A DNA stretch of 55,157 nt, counting the filler, from Sluysia triapertura (taxonomy: Eukaryota), in NCBI GenBank assembly GCA_046118255.1. It is 4 parts of 4 records of this genome, joined end to end, with 100 filler letters (N's around TTAATTAATTAA, not from the genome) between each part and the next. Parts side by side here need not be neighbours in the genome. Positions count along the whole stretch, not along the records: positions 41,340 to 55,157 come from JBJNIA010017746.1; 3 more parts are not named here. The stretch is one strand, 5' to 3'. The notes under the pieces were generated by a model that was not told where the DNA came from, searched no databases, and saw only the letters and a program-made list of their open reading frames with translations. Positions within the stretch are counted from its first letter, which is position 1. Every line of letters begins with the position of its first letter. The position numbers were made by a program, and so were the translations under genes. This document shows positions 51,546 to 55,157 of the stretch, piece after piece.

Positions 51546-52117
51546 ATATATTAAATTTGTGTTATGTCATATTAAGATTTTCTGTTGGTTTAATATTTTG
51601 TGTTGAGTTGAAATTTTTTCAAGGTTTTGTTTATGAGAAATGTGTTGATGTTTGTCTATGATTATGTTCTTGTTGAGTTAAGTGTGTTAAACATTTCAGA
51701 TATTTGTAAAGTTCTCATTTGATTAAACTATTATTTACAAAATTGCACATACTATATATTTTAAAGGGTATTTAAGCTATGTAAGCAAACCCACTTACGT
51801 AGGTCTAAAATTCAATTGTGATACTGAAACCACATCAGTAGGGGAAACTAAATTTTTATTCGTTATATTCTTTATTTTATATTTTATAAATAATTGTACT
51901 TCTATACAATTTCCAACTTATATTTTCTAATAAATACATTTTTAGTCTTTACAAAAATATAGATGTTCTTTCAGAATTACTAGATCTACAAAATGTCATT
52001 ATAACCGAACAGTCTAAGAAAACTTATAGGAAAAATATCTCATTAGCTTAATGTTTTAAGTAAATAGTCAATAAACCTACTGCACTTTTATTGTAACTGA
52101 GTATAATAATTAATTTT

Positions 52118-52131
52118 GTTATTATTATTAC

Positions 52132-52196
<65 letters not shown>
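52118..52196. repeat. (TTA)n microsatellite directly upstream of a splice acceptor
   Basis: Near-perfect tract ending about 20 nt before TTTCAG at 52215. Confidence 0.95.
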
Positions 52197-52198
<2 letters not shown>

Positions 52199-52215
52199 TT
52201 TATGTTAAATTTCAG

Positions 52216-52317
52216 TATCGCAGTGATGATATTATTGGATTTTTAAATAAAAAGGCTGCAGAATTTCAAGAAGATTTAGTAATAAGTTCTTGGAAAAAAG
52301 AATTGCCAAAGTTATTG
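52216..52317 (+). CDS. Orphan internal coding exon, 102 nt (YRSDDIIGFLNKKAAEFQEDLVISSWKKELPKLL)
   Basis: TTTCAG acceptor, G|GTTAG donor, 34 stop-free codons with protein-like composition. Family not recognised. Confidence 0.6.
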
Positions 52318-53012
52318 GTTAGATATAAATTTATTAAAATCGTATGTAATGCCTATTAAAACTTGTATGTCATATAATGATATGTCGTTTAATTATGTTA
52401 TAAAACTTGAATTTAATAATTATGAATTACATAATAGTTTCTTGTTTTGTTATTTAACCCGAAGTATTTTATCAATTTATAAAACTATTAGTTTTATAAT
52501 AAAGTTCGGATTAAGTAAAATTAATTATTTTTGCTCGATCATATGATTTGTGTGTTTTTATTGGTTGTAATGAGTGGTTCGATGTGTTTTGAGAAGTTTG
52601 TTTATAACAAAATGCTTTAGCGCGGTTATAATGATCTGATTGGTTTATTATTGTGCAGTAGTTTTGATTAGAATGAGAGTATTCGTTTATCTTAAATTTG
52701 GATTTGGTGTTAATAAGTTGGAAGTGATATTTTAGTTTAGTTTATATTATTGTAAATTGTTTATGTTGGGTTTCAGGGAATTATAATAATTTTAAATTGT
52801 TATTAATATTTTGCACTTACAACCCTAAAATAGATTAACAAATAATACTTACTGAACTAATATATAAATACTTACTTTCTTATTTATAGCAATCATATGC
52901 ATACGAAATTGGAGCAATATGCACCAAGTATTATTACTTAAAATTTAAGAATTTCGTCCAAAACTTTATATTTATTCACTTTAAATTTGCTGTGGTTTTC
53001 TTAAAGTTAAAT

Positions 53013-53056
53013 CTACGGCAAAATAAAACTGGGCAGGGTCCAGTTACAGTAAACGT
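53013..53056 (-). mobile_element. Partial copy of the 14045-14242 MITE
   Basis: Its reverse complement ACGTTTACTGTAACTGGACCCTGCCCAGTTTTATTTTGCCGTAG aligns without gaps to 14076-14119. Confidence 0.75.
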
Positions 53057-53319
53057 AACTAATATGTTGAGAATCATACTTAAAAATATTAGGTCTAACA
53101 CGTTCCTAACAATTTTATTACGAGGGTCTTAATTAAATGTGTCAATTTATCAAAAACGAAAAACAATACTTAATTTTTATTGATAACACTAAAAATTTTG
53201 ATAATAGAAGAAAAAGAATAAAGGTTAAAATTAAAAAATATATGATGCGTGTTCTGGTTGGATGGCCAATTAAAGCAGATAAATAAATAATATGCAAGTA
53301 AATTAAACTGTGATGCCAA

Positions 53320-53380
53320 CCATCATCAACAGTGACAATGAGCCATATATGTAAATTAAACATGTCACCGTTGATGATGG
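53320..53380. repeat. Inverted repeat: 18-bp stem (17/18) with 25-nt loop
   Basis: CCATCATCAACAGTGACA / TGTCACCGTTGATGATGG, preceded by TTAA at 53302. Confidence 0.8.
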
Positions 53381-53461
53381 CAGTTACCAAATTAATTGAA
53401 TTACTAGTAAATAATAACGAAAATTAAAATGGTAATAGTAATAATAATAACAAAATGTTAC

Positions 53462-53498
<37 letters not shown>

Positions 53499-55054
53499 TC
53501 ATAAACTCTTTGTATTTTGAAAGCTTTCTACGTGATCTTTCTTTTATTTTGTTTATTTTCTCAACATATTTAAATTTAATTACCTAAAATGCTTAGAATG
53601 AAATTATTTTAAGATGTCTGCAAGTTGAATGTCGGGATATGATGAGCATGAAACGTTTTAATCTAATTTTACTTGATGTTTGGTGGTTTTGCGTAAATTT
53701 TAAAATATTCAGCATAATGTTCTAAATGAGATAATGTTTCTAGCTGAAAATGTTAATAGATCATGAGTTACTAATATGTTATAAGGTGTAGTTTAGTAAA
53801 TGTAAAAAAAATAAATCATAGCCTAACTTTTAGTATGTTCAAAAGGTGATTGTACAATGTTGAAATGTGATTTATTTTCTCGATATGTTTAGGTAGTGAT
53901 ATCTTGATGTGTTGTAGAGAATTAAATAATGCAGATCATGAATTTAGAATGTTTGGATTGCTTTGAAGATGTTTGTTAGTTAATCTCGAATGTGATTGTG
54001 ATTGAATTGTTAAGAAATGCAGAATAAAATATTTTAGATGACTTTTTTAATGTAAATTAATGGTTTTGAATGTAATTGTGGTTTGAACGTTATGAGATTG
54101 TGGGTTTAATTGATTTTAACGGATGAAAACGTTTTTAGTGGATGTAAAAGAGATAAATATGGGAGTGTTAAAATGTTTAAGAGTATGGTTTTATGTACAA
54201 TATGTTGATTTAGGTTATTATTGTTTTATGTTAAATTTTGAATGTAATGTCTAGATTTTGAGAGTGAATGTTACGTTAACAAAAGCTCATGTAAAAGGGA
54301 TATTTATGAAATGTGAATTTTAATAAAATTTATTAAGGTTATATGTTGGCCACCACAGAGGTACCTTTGAACTTGTGATCTTTAAAATCATTTAAGACCT
54401 TGATAAGCATTTAAGATCTTTGAGTAACCTTGCAAAGTAGTTGAAATCTTAAAAATTTTTGAGAAAATGATTGTTAAAGATGAATTTCATACAATAATAA
54501 ATAATGTAGAGAAGTGGGAAAAGGAATGAGTGTTGCGAAGATGAAAACATCTATAAGTCTCTGAATATCTTATAAAGTACTATGAGAATATGTTGCTTGA
54601 ATTTAAACTTTAATTTATATTATGTCTTTAATGTTTATGAGAGTCCTCTATGATATTGGGCTTATACACTTAAGAGTCATTCATAGATGTCAACGTAATA
54701 ATATAGTTGCACGTATTGGAGGTCAAAGGAAAAGATTTATTGTTGAAATTTTCTGCTGATTCGTTGGTTTAAATAATTTATATTTTGTATCTGATCCACG
54801 GTATAAGGATCTATTAAACAGATTTAATTTTATTATAAAATTATGTGTTCGTTAATATTAGTCTAGAATTTAAATTAATTTTAAAACTGTTGGGATTAGT
54901 GAAGAATAAGGGTTGATAGAAGGGTCAAAACTTGGGATAGCAGTGTCAGTGGAACGTTATTGAAAAATCAAGTTGAGGCATTATGATGAATTGAAATAGC
55001 GGGATAACTGTAGAGAGTATTTTAATCAGGGTAAAATGGTGAGAGATACGAAGA

Positions 55055-55157
55055 AACAACCCTGTAAAAGGTTTAATTTATTAAAACATTAAAGTACATT
55101 TGTTAATTAACTTAATTAAAATATGTTTAGTTTAATAACTCCATGGAGATGTCTGCT
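55055..55157. repeat. Dispersed repeat copy homologous to 19243-19346
   Basis: Shared ATTAAAGTACATTTGTTAATTAAyTTAATTAAAAT core with colinear flanks. Confidence 0.8.

Overview
This is very AT-rich eukaryotic (metazoan-like) genomic DNA, not prokaryotic. It has four segments of about 13.4-13.9 kb joined by identical artificial 100-nt spacers (44 N + TTAATTAATTAA + 44 N). Host genes I can support: a spliced ALKBH6 dioxygenase gene (37279-38332, +; introns of 258, 34 and 36 nt) and two in-phase exons of an ATG2 autophagy gene (- strand) separated by an apparent 11.2-kb intron. There are also a few orphan exons and two decayed multi-exon pseudogenes flanking ALKBH6. The rest is decayed mobile DNA: piggyBac-type MITEs and a transposase remnant, two Tc1 derivatives, and MULE, Gypsy, LINE, Helitron-end and tRNA-SINE fragments, plus microsatellites. 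The most notable items are a fossil Polinton/Maverick gene block (packaging ATPase, small ORF, integrase tail, with unidentified upstream ORFs; about 46.8-50.2 kb) and an unidentified virus-like cassette of intronless decayed ORFs next to hairpin-containing direct repeats (22.0-24.2 kb). All protein assignments come from motif recognition by eye; no database search was run.
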